Positions 20,045-30,682 of a DNA stretch of 64,000 nt are shown here, one piece after another. The stretch is from an uncultured Lentisphaerales bacterium (GTDB taxonomy: Bacteria; Verrucomicrobiota; Lentisphaeria; JABSQK01; UBA12247). The position numbers and the translations under genes are program-made. The stretch lies in the NCBI GenBank assembly GCA_943788985.1, contig CALSSJ010000027.1, positions 1 through 64,000 of the forward strand. The letters run 5' to 3'. The notes under the pieces are model-generated. The model searched no databases. It was not told the origin of the DNA and worked only from the letters and a program-made list of their open reading frames with translations. Positions within the stretch are counted from its first letter, which is position 1. Each line of letters starts with the position of its first letter.

Positions 20045-21198
20045 ACCTTCCAGCCGCCCTCAGGGTGCTCAGGCGACACCAGCGTGGGCTCGGCCTTTGG
20101 CGGCTCGGTCAAGGTCAGGTAGTCCGGGGCCGTGACATCCTCGACATGTACTGCCGCTCCATCTTCTGGGAGAGGCTGACGGTATCGATAGGTCGGGTCG
20201 CTCAACTGGCGGAATTCCACCTGCTTGACCTCACACCAGGCCGAAAACAACGACGTGTGTACCGGTGGTAGATGGTCTCTAATCTGCTCGTGCAGCTTGG
20301 GCAGGTTGTAGCATGGCACCGCGGCGTACATGTGATGTTCAATGTGATAGTTCATGTTCCAATACAGAAACTGCACGAACTTGCTACAGGTATAGGTGCG
20401 ACAGCACAGCCTAAAATCGTTTACCCCGTCCATCAGTCTCAGGTGCTGCAGACCGCCGGTCCAAAAGCCTAGCGCTCCGCCAAAGAATGGCGCAAACGTC
20501 ACCACTAATGGCACAATCCACCAGCCCAGCGCCAGCGAAAACACTGTCAATGCGACATGGCCCAGTAGAAACCAGCGGCTCCAATTGCGCACGCCCAGTC
20601 TCTCCTTCTCCGTCATCCGGCCGAACATGTAGTCGCACCATGTTTCGGACCAGAGCCCACCAGGGCGCCCGTCCTTTGGGTAGCGGCCACAGGCCAAGAT
20701 CCAGTGATTCTTAAACGTAGACCACACAGCTGACCAAGCAAAATAGTGCTGGCACCACCGCAGAAGTGCCTGCCAGTTCGTCTCCGGCTTCATCTCCGCC
20801 AGCGCTTCCACTGCCGGCAGAACCACCTCAAGATCATGAGGTTGGTTCAACGTAAACCGGTGGTGCTCCTTATGGCTGATCTCGAAGAACGGATAGTTCC
20901 AAGTCGTGAGAAAGCTGTTCAAGGCCAGAAAGAAGCGGTTGTAGATTCGGGTAGTGAATACTCGCTCGTGTACCAGCTCATGGACGCCGGCCCCCAGCAT
21001 CCCCTGAATCATCCCGTGCAGACACAGCGCCGGGATTAGCCACAGCCATTGTTGATAGTACCACATCGCGATCGTGCCAGCCGCGGTCAACGTGGTCAAG
21101 AGGATGTGCCCGCCGGCCTGTAGCCAACCTTTGAAGTCGCTGGTTGTGTTTAGCTTGTTTAGGACCTCCGGGTCCACCGGAATGCGTAGCCAGTTCAC
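19900..21198 (-). CDS. Membrane di-iron fatty acid desaturase/hydroxylase (MocD/rhizopine oxygenase-like), frameshifted into rubredoxin
   Basis: His boxes HELVH, HKEHH and YHIEHH, plus QH and [10 protein letters not shown]. Confidence 0.85.
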   Translation of the reverse strand: MNWLRIPVDPEVLNKLNTTSDFKGWLQAGGHILLTTLTAAGTIAMWYYQQWLWLIPALCLHGMIQGMLGAGVHELVHERVFTTRIYNRFFLALNSFLTTWNYPFFEISHKEHHRFTLNQPHDLEVVLPAVEALAEMKPETNWQALLRWCQHYFAWSAVWSTFKNHWILACGRYPKDGRPGGLWSETWCDYMFGRMTEKERLGVRNWSRWFLLGHVALTVFSLALGWWIVPLVVTFAPFFGGALGFWTGGLQHLRLMDGVNDFRLCCRTYTCSKFVQFLYWNMNYHIEHHMYAAVPCYNLPKLHEQIRDHLPPVHTSLFSAWCEVKQVEFRQLSDPTYRYRQPLPEDGAAVHVEDVTAPDYLTLTEPPKAEPTLVSPEHPEGGWKVWSVRSAPFCMMKPKGCLTKGFRREHAGMTSPTTGPAQTAAWPSRTSS

Positions 21199-21200
21199 CT

Positions 21201-21953
21201 GTGCTCGTTCGCTTGCGGCGCGGTAGTGCGCGCCTAATTCTTGACCGGAAGCCGTACGAAATTAGCACCGGCGAGCTCTTCTTGACGCCTACTGGGGCGC
21301 ACGAAATCTGGCACTGGGATCCCAGTCTCCCGACCGTGCACGACTTCATCCACTGGACAGGCGATGTTGCGGACTCCGCACTGCCTCGCCGATGCGCGGC
21401 CCCGGTCGGCAGTCTGTTACATACGCTCGTATCTCACGTCACTGAGCTCGACTTCATCCGGACTCCCGATGGCTGTCGCGAGCAAAAACTCGCGCTTTCG
21501 CTACTCCTCTCAGTGTACGCGCACGGGACCGCTGAGACAGCGACCAGTCACTCACATGATGGGTTTCGGCGCATCGTGGCCGCGCTTCGCACACAATGGC
21601 GAGGCCAAAACTTTCGGCCCCCAACTATCGCTGAGCTGTGCGTGATCGCGTGCCTTTCTAAACCGCAGCTGATCCGTGTCTGCAAAGCCGCGTGCGGCGA
21701 AACGCCCGCTCGTTTTTGCGAGCGATTGCGATTGCATCAGGGGGCAAATCGACTCGTCAGCAGCAGCGAGTCCGTCGAGCAGGTTGCCGACCGGCTCGGT
21801 TACGCCAGCCAGTTTCACTTCTCTCGCAACATCAAGCGATACTACGGCCTTGCCCCGCTACCGTTTAGGCGCCGGTACCACAATCAGCCCGAAGCAATCT
21901 CCGGGCACTTACCCGCCGAGTTGCTGCGCGCCTATCGCCAGGTCCTGCGCTGA
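21201..21953 (+). CDS. AraC family transcriptional regulator (N-terminus possibly truncated)
   Basis: Cupin-like N-terminal part; double HTH ending VADRLGYASQFHFSRNIKRYYGLAP. Confidence 0.8.
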   Translation: MLVRLRRGSARLILDRKPYEISTGELFLTPTGAHEIWHWDPSLPTVHDFIHWTGDVADSALPRRCAAPVGSLLHTLVSHVTELDFIRTPDGCREQKLALSLLLSVYAHGTAETATSHSHDGFRRIVAALRTQWRGQNFRPPTIAELCVIACLSKPQLIRVCKAACGETPARFCERLRLHQGANRLVSSSESVEQVADRLGYASQFHFSRNIKRYYGLAPLPFRRRYHNQPEAISGHLPAELLRAYRQVLR

Positions 21954-21968
21954 GAATCGGCGTTCTGA

Positions 21969-23312
21969 TCAGGTCAGTGCGGCGCGCGTGACAGCCACCA
22001 ACTTGCCGCTCCACTCCTGAACCTGCTCCTCGGTCGATGCCTCGACCAAAATGCGGATCAAATTCTCTGTGCCTGAGTAGCGCACCAGATGGCGTCCATC
22101 ACGGCCCAACGTTTCCTCGCACTCCGTCAACGCTGCCATCAGCTCGGGCACGTCCTCAATTGCTGGCTTAGATTTGACTTTGATGTTCACCAGCTTGGAG
22201 GGAAACAGCTTGACGAACATGGTCAGATCGCTCAGGCTCTTGCCCGGATTATTCAGTAGAATCCGCAGCACCTGCAGCCCGCTTACGATCGCGTCGCCTG
22301 TTGTGGTGTGAGCAAGGGAGATGATGTGGCCGGAGTTTTCGCCCCCGAGACTGAAGCCGCCATCGCGCATCGCTTCGATGACATTGCGGTCTCCTACTGC
22401 CGTGCGGATCGTCTTGATCCCCTTTGCCTCCAAGGCGCGGTCCAGGCCCAGGTTTGTCATCACTGTGGCCACAAGTGTGTCGTGCTTTAACACACCTCTG
22501 CTATGGTAGTCTGTCGCCAGCAGGCCGAGAATTGCGTCTCCATCGACGAGATGCCCATTCGAATCCACGAACAACACGCGATCCGCGTCTCCATCAAACA
22601 TGATGCCAATATCTGCGCCAGTCTCCAGCACGCGCGCCCGACAGCGAGCCGGCGATGTTGCACCGCAGTTTTCGTTGATATTCGTCCCGTTTGGCGATGT
22701 AGCCAGGTCATCGACCTCCGCACCAAGTTCCTCGAAGATCATCGGGCCCACCTTGTAGGCGGCACCGTTTGCGCAATCCAGCACAATTCGCAGGCCATCC
22801 AGAGAAAACTCCGCGACTGAAGCCTTGGCAAACTCCACATAGCGAGCGGCCGCATTCTCAATCCGTCTCGCGCGCCCGACCCGTTCCGGACCATTCTCAA
22901 CCTTCTCACTCAGGACCATCTTCTCGATCGCGGCCTCAAGCTCGTTCGTGAGCTTGAAACCATCCCGATCAAAAATCTTAATCCCGTTGTCACAGCTGGG
23001 GTTGTGCGACGCCGTGATCATGATCCCCGCATCGGCCGCCATCGACCGCGTCAGATGCGCCAGGCCTGGCGTGGGCACCGGCCCCACAAGAATCGCATCA
23101 GCGCCGTGAGACAACAGCCCCGCCACTAGCGAATTTTCGATCATATAGCCCGAGAGCCGCGTGTCTTTGCCGATAATCACGCGTGGCGCGCGATCGCTCC
23201 GGCCCGGGACATAGTGCGCGACCGCGCGCCCGATACGCACGATCAGCTCAGGAATCATCGGATAGTGGTTTGCTCGTCCTCGAACTCCGTCGGTACCAAA
23301 AAGTTTGCTCAT
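21969..23312 (-). CDS. glmM: Phosphoglucosamine mutase
   Basis: LFGTDGVRG, ITASHNP, DGDADR, GGENSGH and VRYSGTE. Confidence 0.95.
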   Translation of the reverse strand: MSKLFGTDGVRGRANHYPMIPELIVRIGRAVAHYVPGRSDRAPRVIIGKDTRLSGYMIENSLVAGLLSHGADAILVGPVPTPGLAHLTRSMAADAGIMITASHNPSCDNGIKIFDRDGFKLTNELEAAIEKMVLSEKVENGPERVGRARRIENAAARYVEFAKASVAEFSLDGLRIVLDCANGAAYKVGPMIFEELGAEVDDLATSPNGTNINENCGATSPARCRARVLETGADIGIMFDGDADRVLFVDSNGHLVDGDAILGLLATDYHSRGVLKHDTLVATVMTNLGLDRALEAKGIKTIRTAVGDRNVIEAMRDGGFSLGGENSGHIISLAHTTTGDAIVSGLQVLRILLNNPGKSLSDLTMFVKLFPSKLVNIKVKSKPAIEDVPELMAALTECEETLGRDGRHLVRYSGTENLIRILVEASTEEQVQEWSGKLVAVTRAALT

Positions 23313-23404
23313 CGCTATCGCTCCTTGCCAATCGTTAAATCACGTTATGTTAACGCAGTACCATGATTGAGTGCGCGGGATCATCCAAAGAAAGGTTAGT
23401 GCGA

Positions 23405-25225
23405 ATGTGTGGAATTGTCGGTTATACCGGTCCAGGTCGAGTTGCAGACGTTTTGTTAAATGGGTTGCGGAGACTCGAATATCGCGGATATGACTCCGCT
23501 GGTGTGGCAATCGTTGGCAAGGAGATCCAAGTGCGTCGAGCGATCGGCAAGGTGGCGAACCTCGCAAAAGAGGTAGAGGCCGACATCGCTGGCAGCTACG
23601 GCATCGCCCACACGCGGTGGGCCACACATGGCCGTCCTTCCGTTCCCAATGCGCATCCCCACGTGAACGACGCTGGAGATATCGCGGTCGTGCACAACGG
23701 CATCATTGACAACGCGGCCGTGCTCCGCACCCGCTTGAGCGAGAAAGGGCACACATTTTACTCTGAAACCGACAGCGAAGTTCTGCCTAAGCTCATCAGC
23801 GAGTTCTACCAAGGGGACCTGCTCGAAGCCGTCCTTGCCGCTATTGAGCAGATCAAAGGCACCTACGGGATGGCGGTCGTCTCCCCCAAGCATCCCGGCC
23901 AGATCGTGGTAGCCCGCAAGGGTAGCCCCATCGCCATTGGCGTTGGCGATGACGAAACCATTGTCGCCAGCGACGTAGCAGCCATCGTGGCCCATACCGC
24001 TAACGTAATCTTCCTCGACGACGACGATGTCGCCCTCGTTGAAGCAGGCCACATCGATCTTCGCAATACCAGCAACCTCCCGGTGACTCGCAAAGTTTCC
24101 ACAGTCGATTGGGATATCGAGGCAGTCGAGAAGGGTGGCTACAAGCATTTCATGCTCAAAGAAATCTTCGACCAGCCCAACGCCATCGAAGTTGCCACCC
24201 GCGGGCGTCTCAACTTCCAGGAAGGCACTGCCTACCTCTCCGGGCTCTGCATGGAGCCCCGTGACATGGTTTGCATCCAGCGCATCATCATCGCTGCGTG
24301 CGGCACCTCGCTCCATGCCGGAATGCTCGGTGAGTATTTTTTCGAGGATCTCGCCAGCATCCCTACCGAAGTCGAGCAGGCCGCAGAATTCCGCTACCGC
24401 AACCCGATCGTTGATGCCAGTACTCTTGCCATCGTCATCAGCCAGTCCGGTGAAACTGCCGATACTCTTGCCGCCCTGCGCGAAGCCAAGCAGAAAGGTG
24501 CGCAGATTGCTGGTCTTTGTAACGTAGTCGGCGCCACCATTGCCCGCGAAGCTGGGCGTGGCGTCTATCTGCACGCTGGTCCCGAGATTGGCGTCGCCTC
24601 CACCAAGGCCTTCACCACCCAGGTCTCGGTGATGCTGATGATGGCCATGAAATTCGCGCGTACCCGACGCTTCCCGCGTCAGGCAGGCATCGAGCTGTGC
24701 GAAGAGATCCGCATGCTTCCCGAGCTGATCAGAGAAGTCCTCGCGACAGCAGACCACATCAAAGAAGTCGCCAAGCGCTGGCACAAGATGCATCACTGCT
24801 TCTTCATCGGCCGCGGCTACTTCTACCCGGTCGCACTCGAAGGCGCGCTCAAGCTCAAAGAGATCAGCTACATCCATGCCGAAGGCTATCATGCCGCTGA
24901 GCTCAAGCATGGGCCACTCGCCTTGCTCGATGAGAATTGCCCCGTCATTGCGCTCGCAAACGATGGCCCTGGCAAGGAAAAGGTTCTCGGCAACATCGAA
25001 GAGTGCCGTGCCCGGCAAGCGCCGGTCATCGTCACGGCCACCATGGGCGATACCGAAGCCAGCAGCCTCGCCGATGACGTGCTCTGGATTCCAAAGTCCG
25101 GTAAGGCTACCGCGCCCGTCCTGACCGTGGTCGCCCTCCAGCTGTTCTCCTACTACGTCGCCGATGAGCTCGGTTGCGAGATCGACCAGCCCCGCAACCT
25201 CGCCAAGAGCGTTACCGTAGAATAG
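23405..25225 (+). CDS. glmS: Glutamine-fructose-6-phosphate transaminase
   Basis: MCGIVG start, LEYRGYDSAG, HTRWATHG, SQSGETAD and PRNLAKSVTVE. Confidence 0.98.
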   Translation: MCGIVGYTGPGRVADVLLNGLRRLEYRGYDSAGVAIVGKEIQVRRAIGKVANLAKEVEADIAGSYGIAHTRWATHGRPSVPNAHPHVNDAGDIAVVHNGIIDNAAVLRTRLSEKGHTFYSETDSEVLPKLISEFYQGDLLEAVLAAIEQIKGTYGMAVVSPKHPGQIVVARKGSPIAIGVGDDETIVASDVAAIVAHTANVIFLDDDDVALVEAGHIDLRNTSNLPVTRKVSTVDWDIEAVEKGGYKHFMLKEIFDQPNAIEVATRGRLNFQEGTAYLSGLCMEPRDMVCIQRIIIAACGTSLHAGMLGEYFFEDLASIPTEVEQAAEFRYRNPIVDASTLAIVISQSGETADTLAALREAKQKGAQIAGLCNVVGATIAREAGRGVYLHAGPEIGVASTKAFTTQVSVMLMMAMKFARTRRFPRQAGIELCEEIRMLPELIREVLATADHIKEVAKRWHKMHHCFFIGRGYFYPVALEGALKLKEISYIHAEGYHAAELKHGPLALLDENCPVIALANDGPGKEKVLGNIEECRARQAPVIVTATMGDTEASSLADDVLWIPKSGKATAPVLTVVALQLFSYYVADELGCEIDQPRNLAKSVTVE

Positions 25226-25249
25226 TTGACAATATCCAACAGCCCCATC

Positions 25250-25355
25250 ACTGGGAGCGCTGGATTCATCCGGCAATTGTGAGGGGTAATGGGTTCTGCG
25301 TAAGGCAGGGGGAGTTAGTAGGCTTCGAATGCCGGATCAATCCGGCGCTCCCAGT
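25250..25355. repeat. REP doublet (REPIN/MITE-like), copy 1
   Basis: Inverted 26-nt arms ACTGGGAGCGC(T/C)GGATT(C/G)ATCCGGCA; homologous element at 59210-59314. Confidence 0.8.
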
Positions 25356-25413
25356 CTTGCAGGCCAAACTTCCTCTAGAAATCCAGGTGGTACCTGCCTT
25401 GGGCTATTGGCCA

Positions 25414-27496
25414 TTACTGCACGACTTGCGTGTGGACCCCGGTTGCGGGGTGCCGCGCCAGCACAGCGCCGCGGCGCACGATCTGGTGGTAATACTCCAC
25501 GCTGTCGGCTGCCTGCAATCCGGGCACCGTTACCTGCCAGCGGTCGCCAGATTGGTGGCGCAGCGCTTGACGCTGCCAGGCACCGCCGTTGATTCGCCAG
25601 GTAGTCTCTGCTTGGGCAGCTGTGGTCAGGCGAAATGGAATCTGGACCCGCTTGGCCAGGCCGTTGGCCTGTATACCTTCCGGCACGATCACTTCCCAGC
25701 GCGTGGTCGGGGCATACGGCAGGTCTACCTCTGCGGACAACGCAGATTGCGAAGTTCGCAACGCCTCGCTGACGTCTACCACCGTCGGTTGTGTTTGGTC
25801 GACGGCAGTCACGAGGTAGCGCCCAGGCAACGCCACTCGGTGAAAATCGCCCAGCCCGTTCTCGGCATCACTGCGTGTGGCCAGTGGCGGGTTGATCTGG
25901 TCTGGGCCAATCGGCACGGAAGTTGCGAAGTTCGCAAACAGCCACTGGCCATCGCCAGCCACCGGCTCGACCAACGGGCTCTCCGCCGTGTCCAGCATAG
26001 TCGCCTGCACGCCGGACCGATCCAGGCTCACGATTGGGAGCCTGACCCCGCTCGAGCGCATCGCAGCGGCTGTCGTGACCCCGGCCAGGTTCCAGCCACT
26101 GCCCAGACCGAGGCTGAAGCCCGGGAGCGCAAGTCCCGTGATCTCGATCGTTTCAGCAACGGTATTGTGGACCCAGGCCGCGCGTCCGGGCGTAAGCTCT
26201 GCTGCCGCTCTGAAGCTCTGACGAATTGGATCATACTCCCAGGCACACGTCGCATTCGGGAAGATCACGTCGAAGCCTCGGTCAGCGGGGACCGCTGGTA
26301 AGGCTACCACATTCCAGCCCGTCTCCAGCGTAATCTGCTGCGCCGTCGCATCCTGCGACCAGATCAGAATGCTCGCGTTCAACGGTGCCTCGGTGGTCGC
26401 GCAGCGCACCGTGCCATGAATCCCGCGCTGAATCCCGGCCATATAGGTCTTCAACGAGGTCTCGTTCTCGGTCCAGGCCTGATCCATGCCAAAGGCATTG
26501 GGCGTCTTGCTTTGGGTGAATTCGATGGTGGTTTCCAGGCAACCCGCGTAGCGATAGTTCCAATCAGCCATCTCGCCGTTGATTTTAAACCAGGCGGCGC
26601 CGTTGATCACCCCGCGATCCCAGCTCCCACCCCATGGCTGTCCTCCGGTCCGGGCAAGCATATTTGGGTTGGTCAGCGTGTATTCCAGTGAAATCGTGCG
26701 GACCAGATCGGTTTCCGGAAACATTGCATCCGTGTCGGTGTGGTCATGGAAATGCCCCCACGGATAGATCACGCCGATTGCGCCGCTGTGCAAGCCGCCG
26801 GACAGCGCAAAGTGCCGCCCCAAGGTCCAGTTCACGATGTGCTGCACTTCCTGCTCTGGCAAATGGTTCAGCGGCATGAATGGGGAAGGGAAGTTTCGGT
26901 TCAGATCCACGTTGTTGTCGTTGCCGCGGCGGAGGGCTTCCCAGCCATCTGGATTCATCAGTGGCAAAATATGGATGTCTGTGTGGTCGATGAGCGCGGT
27001 TTGAACTGGATCGCTGCCGTAGCTCTCCAGCAGCTGAATGGCGTAGCGCATCGCCATCTCCACGCCCGAGCGTTCATCGCCGTGAATGCCGCCGACCAGC
27101 TTCACCTCGGGCTCATCTTCCTCGATGTCCGGATGGTCCGTGATGCGCAATACCCACAGCGGTAGGCCGTTGAGCGAGTCGCCGATCGAATAGAGGCGGC
27201 AGATAGTCGCATGATCTGCCTGCAACTGTGCGATTTCCGCAGCCAGGTCCGCGTACGAGGTGGCTTCATAGTCGCGGGCCGCGGTGATCACATCCACCTG
27301 AAACCCGATCCGGTGTAGCAGCGACCGGGCATCTACGGTAGCCTGCGCCAGATACCCCCCCCTGCGGGTCTGGGCGGACATCGACAAGACCGGGAATTGC
27401 CGGGGGCGCAGCCAAGCCTGCGGTCGGCAGAATGCGGACCGGTTCCTGCGCCGAAAGCGTGGCCGCCAGCGCGATCAAGTAGATCCAGCGCGGCAT
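25414..27496 (-). CDS. Secreted M14 zinc carboxypeptidase (N/E-like) with GWN repeats; 1-nt frameshift near the 5' end
   Basis: IHGDE, RRGNDNNVDLNRNFP and GEMADWNY. Signal peptide MPRWIYLIALAATLSA (ATG 27496) joins the main ORF if the C8 run at 27355-27362 is C7. Confidence 0.8.
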
Positions 27497-27498
27497 TT

Positions 27499-27834
27499 TT
27501 AGGTGGACGCGCACTCCACGCACACGACCGTTCCGGGAATCGCCACCAGGCGGGGAATCGGGATCGTGCTCCTGCAGCGCATGCAGAGGCCAAACTCTGG
27601 CGAGGTGGCCCGCTTTAGCGTATTCTCGAGACGCGTCAGCCGTTCGCGCGCCTGGTGAAGCGCACGCTCGTTGATCGCCTTGTTGCTGATCGCATCCATC
27701 CGACTGACGCGCCCGATGGCGTTGTCGGGCGAGATGGGCTGCACCAACACCTGAAATTCAGCGATCTTGTCCAAGGTGGTGCCGCGTTCCCGTTCTAGTT
27801 GCTCAATCAGTTCAGCGCGTTGTGTGTCAGTCAT
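27499..27834 (-). CDS. TraR/DksA family C4 zinc-finger protein
   Basis: Coiled coil with PDNAIGRVSRMDA; CMRC...CVEC. Confidence 0.85.
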   Translation of the reverse strand: MTDTQRAELIEQLERERGTTLDKIAEFQVLVQPISPDNAIGRVSRMDAISNKAINERALHQARERLTRLENTLKRATSPEFGLCMRCRSTIPIPRLVAIPGTVVCVECAST

Positions 27835-30673
27835 GATCTGCATCCAGAATGTCTTTGAGAAACTGCCCCGTGTAACTGCCTGCCACCTTACAAACCTGCT
27901 CCGGCGTACCCTGTGCCACTACTTCGCCGCCGCCATCACCACCTTCAGGCCCCATGTCGATAATATGATCGCATGCTTTGATTACGTCCAGATTATGCTC
28001 GATTACCAGAATTGTATTGCCTCGGTCTCGCAGCCGATAGACCACCTCCAACAGCCGCTGAACATCGTCGATATGCAGTCCGGTAGTCGGCTCATCGAGC
28101 ACATAGAGCGTGTGGCCGCGGGGCTTCTTGGCCAGCTCTGTCGAGAGCTTCACCCGTTGCGCCTCGCCGCCGCTTAGCGTTGTCGCTGACTGTCCTAAGC
28201 GGATGTAGCCCAGCCCTACTTCATCCAGCGTAAACAGGATCCGGTGAATCATCGGCACCGCCGAGAAAAACTCGCAGGCGTCGTGCACCGTCATGTCCAG
28301 CACCTCGGCGATATTCCTGCCTTTGTAGCGTACCTGGAGGGTTTCCTGGTTGTAGCGCTTTCCCTTGCACGTCTCGCAGGGGACGTAGACGTCCGGCAGG
28401 AAGTTCATCTCGATCTTGCGTATGCCATCGCCCTTGCACTCGTCGCAGCGACCACCCTTGACGTTGAAGCTGAACCGCCCTGGTTTATACCCACGAATCT
28501 TCGAATCTGCAAGTTTGGCAAACAGCTGGCGCACGTGGTCAAATCCACCGGTGTAGGTAATGGGGTTCGAACGTGGCGTCCGCCCGATTGGGCTCTGGTC
28601 CACCACGATCATCTTGTCCACATGCTCCATGCCGCGCAACCGCTTCAGCACTGACGGTAAGGCTCGACCCGCCAGATTTTCCTTCAACGCCCGCACCAAG
28701 ACCTGGTTGACCAGCGTGCTTTTTCCGGAGCCTGATACGCCCGTTACGCAGCAGAACAGGCCTAGGGGGATCTTTGCGGTGAGGTTGTGCAGATTGTTCG
28801 CGGTTGCACCGGATACGGTGAGCGCGTTGCCATTGCCGACCTGGCGCTCTTCGGGGACCGCGATCTTCTTGACCCCGCGCAAGTACAGGCCAGTCAGCGA
28901 GTCATGGCATTCCTGCGGCGGGCCTGCATAGACCACCTCTCCGCCCAGTGATCCGGCACCCGGCCCCATATCTACGATATAGTCTGCCGTTTCGATGGTC
29001 TCGGTATCATGCTCGACCACCACCACGGTATTGCCTAGGTCACGAAGCCGTATGAGTGTGTCGAGCAGCCGCCGGTTGTCACGCTGGTGTAAGCCAATGC
29101 TCGGCTCATCCAGGACATACATCACCCCAACTAGGCCACTGCCAATCTGGGTGGCCAGGCGAATTCGCTGCGCTTCGCCGCCGGACAGCGTCCCACTCTC
29201 TCGATTCAACGTCAGATAGCCGAGCCCGACAGCACAGAGAAAGCCCACGCGGGCCGCGATTTCGCGCACGATTTCCCCGGCGATCACCAGGCGTTCGCCT
29301 TCCAGATTTAACGTTGTGATCGTCTCGTGTGCATCACTGACGCTCAAGGCCAAAAATTGATGAATCGGGATGTCGTTTACCGTCACAGCCAGGCTTTCCG
29401 GCCGTAGCCGAGCGCCATGGCAAGTCGAGCAGGGCATGCGTACCAAGATCTTGCGCAGGCGGTCACGCATCAGCTTGCTCTCGGTCTCGTGGTAGCGCCG
29501 CAGCGTATCGGCCACAAATCCATCAAATGGCTCCGTGTAGCGCAGTTGACGCCCCGCCCAGCGAAAGGCGAATGAAACGCGTGACGGGTGGCCCTCTAGC
29601 AGGATCGCTTGGTGCTTGGCGCTGAGTTCCTCGTACGGCACATCCAGCGGGATCTTGTGATGCGCGGCGGCGCAGTTCAGGATGTTCTGATAGCGCCGAA
29701 CCATGCGCCGCATCCCAACCTTCCAAACGGGAAATGGGCCCTGAGCCAGCGTCTTCTTTCCATCCACCGCCAGGCGCTCATCTACTGCCAATGATGTGCC
29801 CAGACCGTGGCATTTTTTACAGGCGCCATACGGACTGTTGAACGAGAAGCTACGCGGCTGCAACTCGCCGAAGCTGATGCTGCATTTGGTGCAGGCGAAG
29901 TGCTCGCTGATCAGCTCCTCGTCCCAGCCGCTGGCATCCTTGCATTCCAGCATCAAAACCAGCATCCCGTCGCCCGAACGCAGGGTGCGCTCTACCGAAT
30001 CCGAGAGCCGTCCGCGATCCGTCTTGCCCGCCACTAGGCGATCGACCACCGCCTCGATGTCATGCTTCTTGTTCTTGTCTAGGTCCGGCTCGTCCTCGCT
30101 CATGACGAGGTCGCCATTCACCCGCATCCGAGCGTATCCGTCCCGGCGAATTGCCTCGAATACATCCTTATGCGTGCCCTTTTTGCCACGCACGTAGGGG
30201 GCCAACAGCATCATCCGGCGGCCCTGAGGCAGCGCATCCAGGTGATCGCAGATTCGCTGTGGGCTTTGTGCGGACACCGCATCTCCGCAGCCAGGGCAAT
30301 GCGGCACACCGATATGCGCGTAGAGCAGCCGCAGGTAGTCGTAGATCTCTGTCGTCGTGGCCACGATCGACCGCGGATTCCCGCCAGCAGAGCGCTGCTC
30401 GATGGCGATGGCCGGTGATAGCCCGGCCATGTGCTCCACGTCGGGCTTTTGCATCTGGTCCAGAAACTGCCGGGCGTAGGAAGACAGGCTCTCTACGTAC
30501 CGACGCTGCCCTTCCGCATATAAGGTATCAAACGCCAGCGAGGACTTACCCGAGCCGCTGGGCCCGGTCACCACGATCAGCTTGTTGTGCGGTAGCACTA
30601 CATCGACATTCTTGAGGTTGTGCTGGCGCGCACCTTGAATGATGATGTTGCGTTCAGAGAGTGGGGATTGCAC
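27827..30673 (-). CDS. uvrA: Excinuclease ABC subunit A
   Basis: GARQHNLKN, two Walker A motifs ([18 protein letters not shown]), LSGGEAQR twice, zinc fingers. Confidence 0.98.
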   Translation of the reverse strand: MQSPLSERNIIIQGARQHNLKNVDVVLPHNKLIVVTGPSGSGKSSLAFDTLYAEGQRRYVESLSSYARQFLDQMQKPDVEHMAGLSPAIAIEQRSAGGNPRSIVATTTEIYDYLRLLYAHIGVPHCPGCGDAVSAQSPQRICDHLDALPQGRRMMLLAPYVRGKKGTHKDVFEAIRRDGYARMRVNGDLVMSEDEPDLDKNKKHDIEAVVDRLVAGKTDRGRLSDSVERTLRSGDGMLVLMLECKDASGWDEELISEHFACTKCSISFGELQPRSFSFNSPYGACKKCHGLGTSLAVDERLAVDGKKTLAQGPFPVWKVGMRRMVRRYQNILNCAAAHHKIPLDVPYEELSAKHQAILLEGHPSRVSFAFRWAGRQLRYTEPFDGFVADTLRRYHETESKLMRDRLRKILVRMPCSTCHGARLRPESLAVTVNDIPIHQFLALSVSDAHETITTLNLEGERLVIAGEIVREIAARVGFLCAVGLGYLTLNRESGTLSGGEAQRIRLATQIGSGLVGVMYVLDEPSIGLHQRDNRRLLDTLIRLRDLGNTVVVVEHDTETIETADYIVDMGPGAGSLGGEVVYAGPPQECHDSLTGLYLRGVKKIAVPEERQVGNGNALTVSGATANNLHNLTAKIPLGLFCCVTGVSGSGKSTLVNQVLVRALKENLAGRALPSVLKRLRGMEHVDKMIVVDQSPIGRTPRSNPITYTGGFDHVRQLFAKLADSKIRGYKPGRFSFNVKGGRCDECKGDGIRKIEMNFLPDVYVPCETCKGKRYNQETLQVRYKGRNIAEVLDMTVHDACEFFSAVPMIHRILFTLDEVGLGYIRLGQSATTLSGGEAQRVKLSTELAKKPRGHTLYVLDEPTTGLHIDDVQRLLEVVYRLRDRGNTILVIEHNLDVIKACDHIIDMGPEGGDGGGEVVAQGTPEQVCKVAGSYTGQFLKDILDADHD

Positions 30674-30682
30674 AGGCTGCCG

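Noticed and set aside
23456..25276. 606-aa ORF antisense to glmS
   Set aside because: Mirror of a strongly codon-biased high-GC gene; no recognisable motifs.
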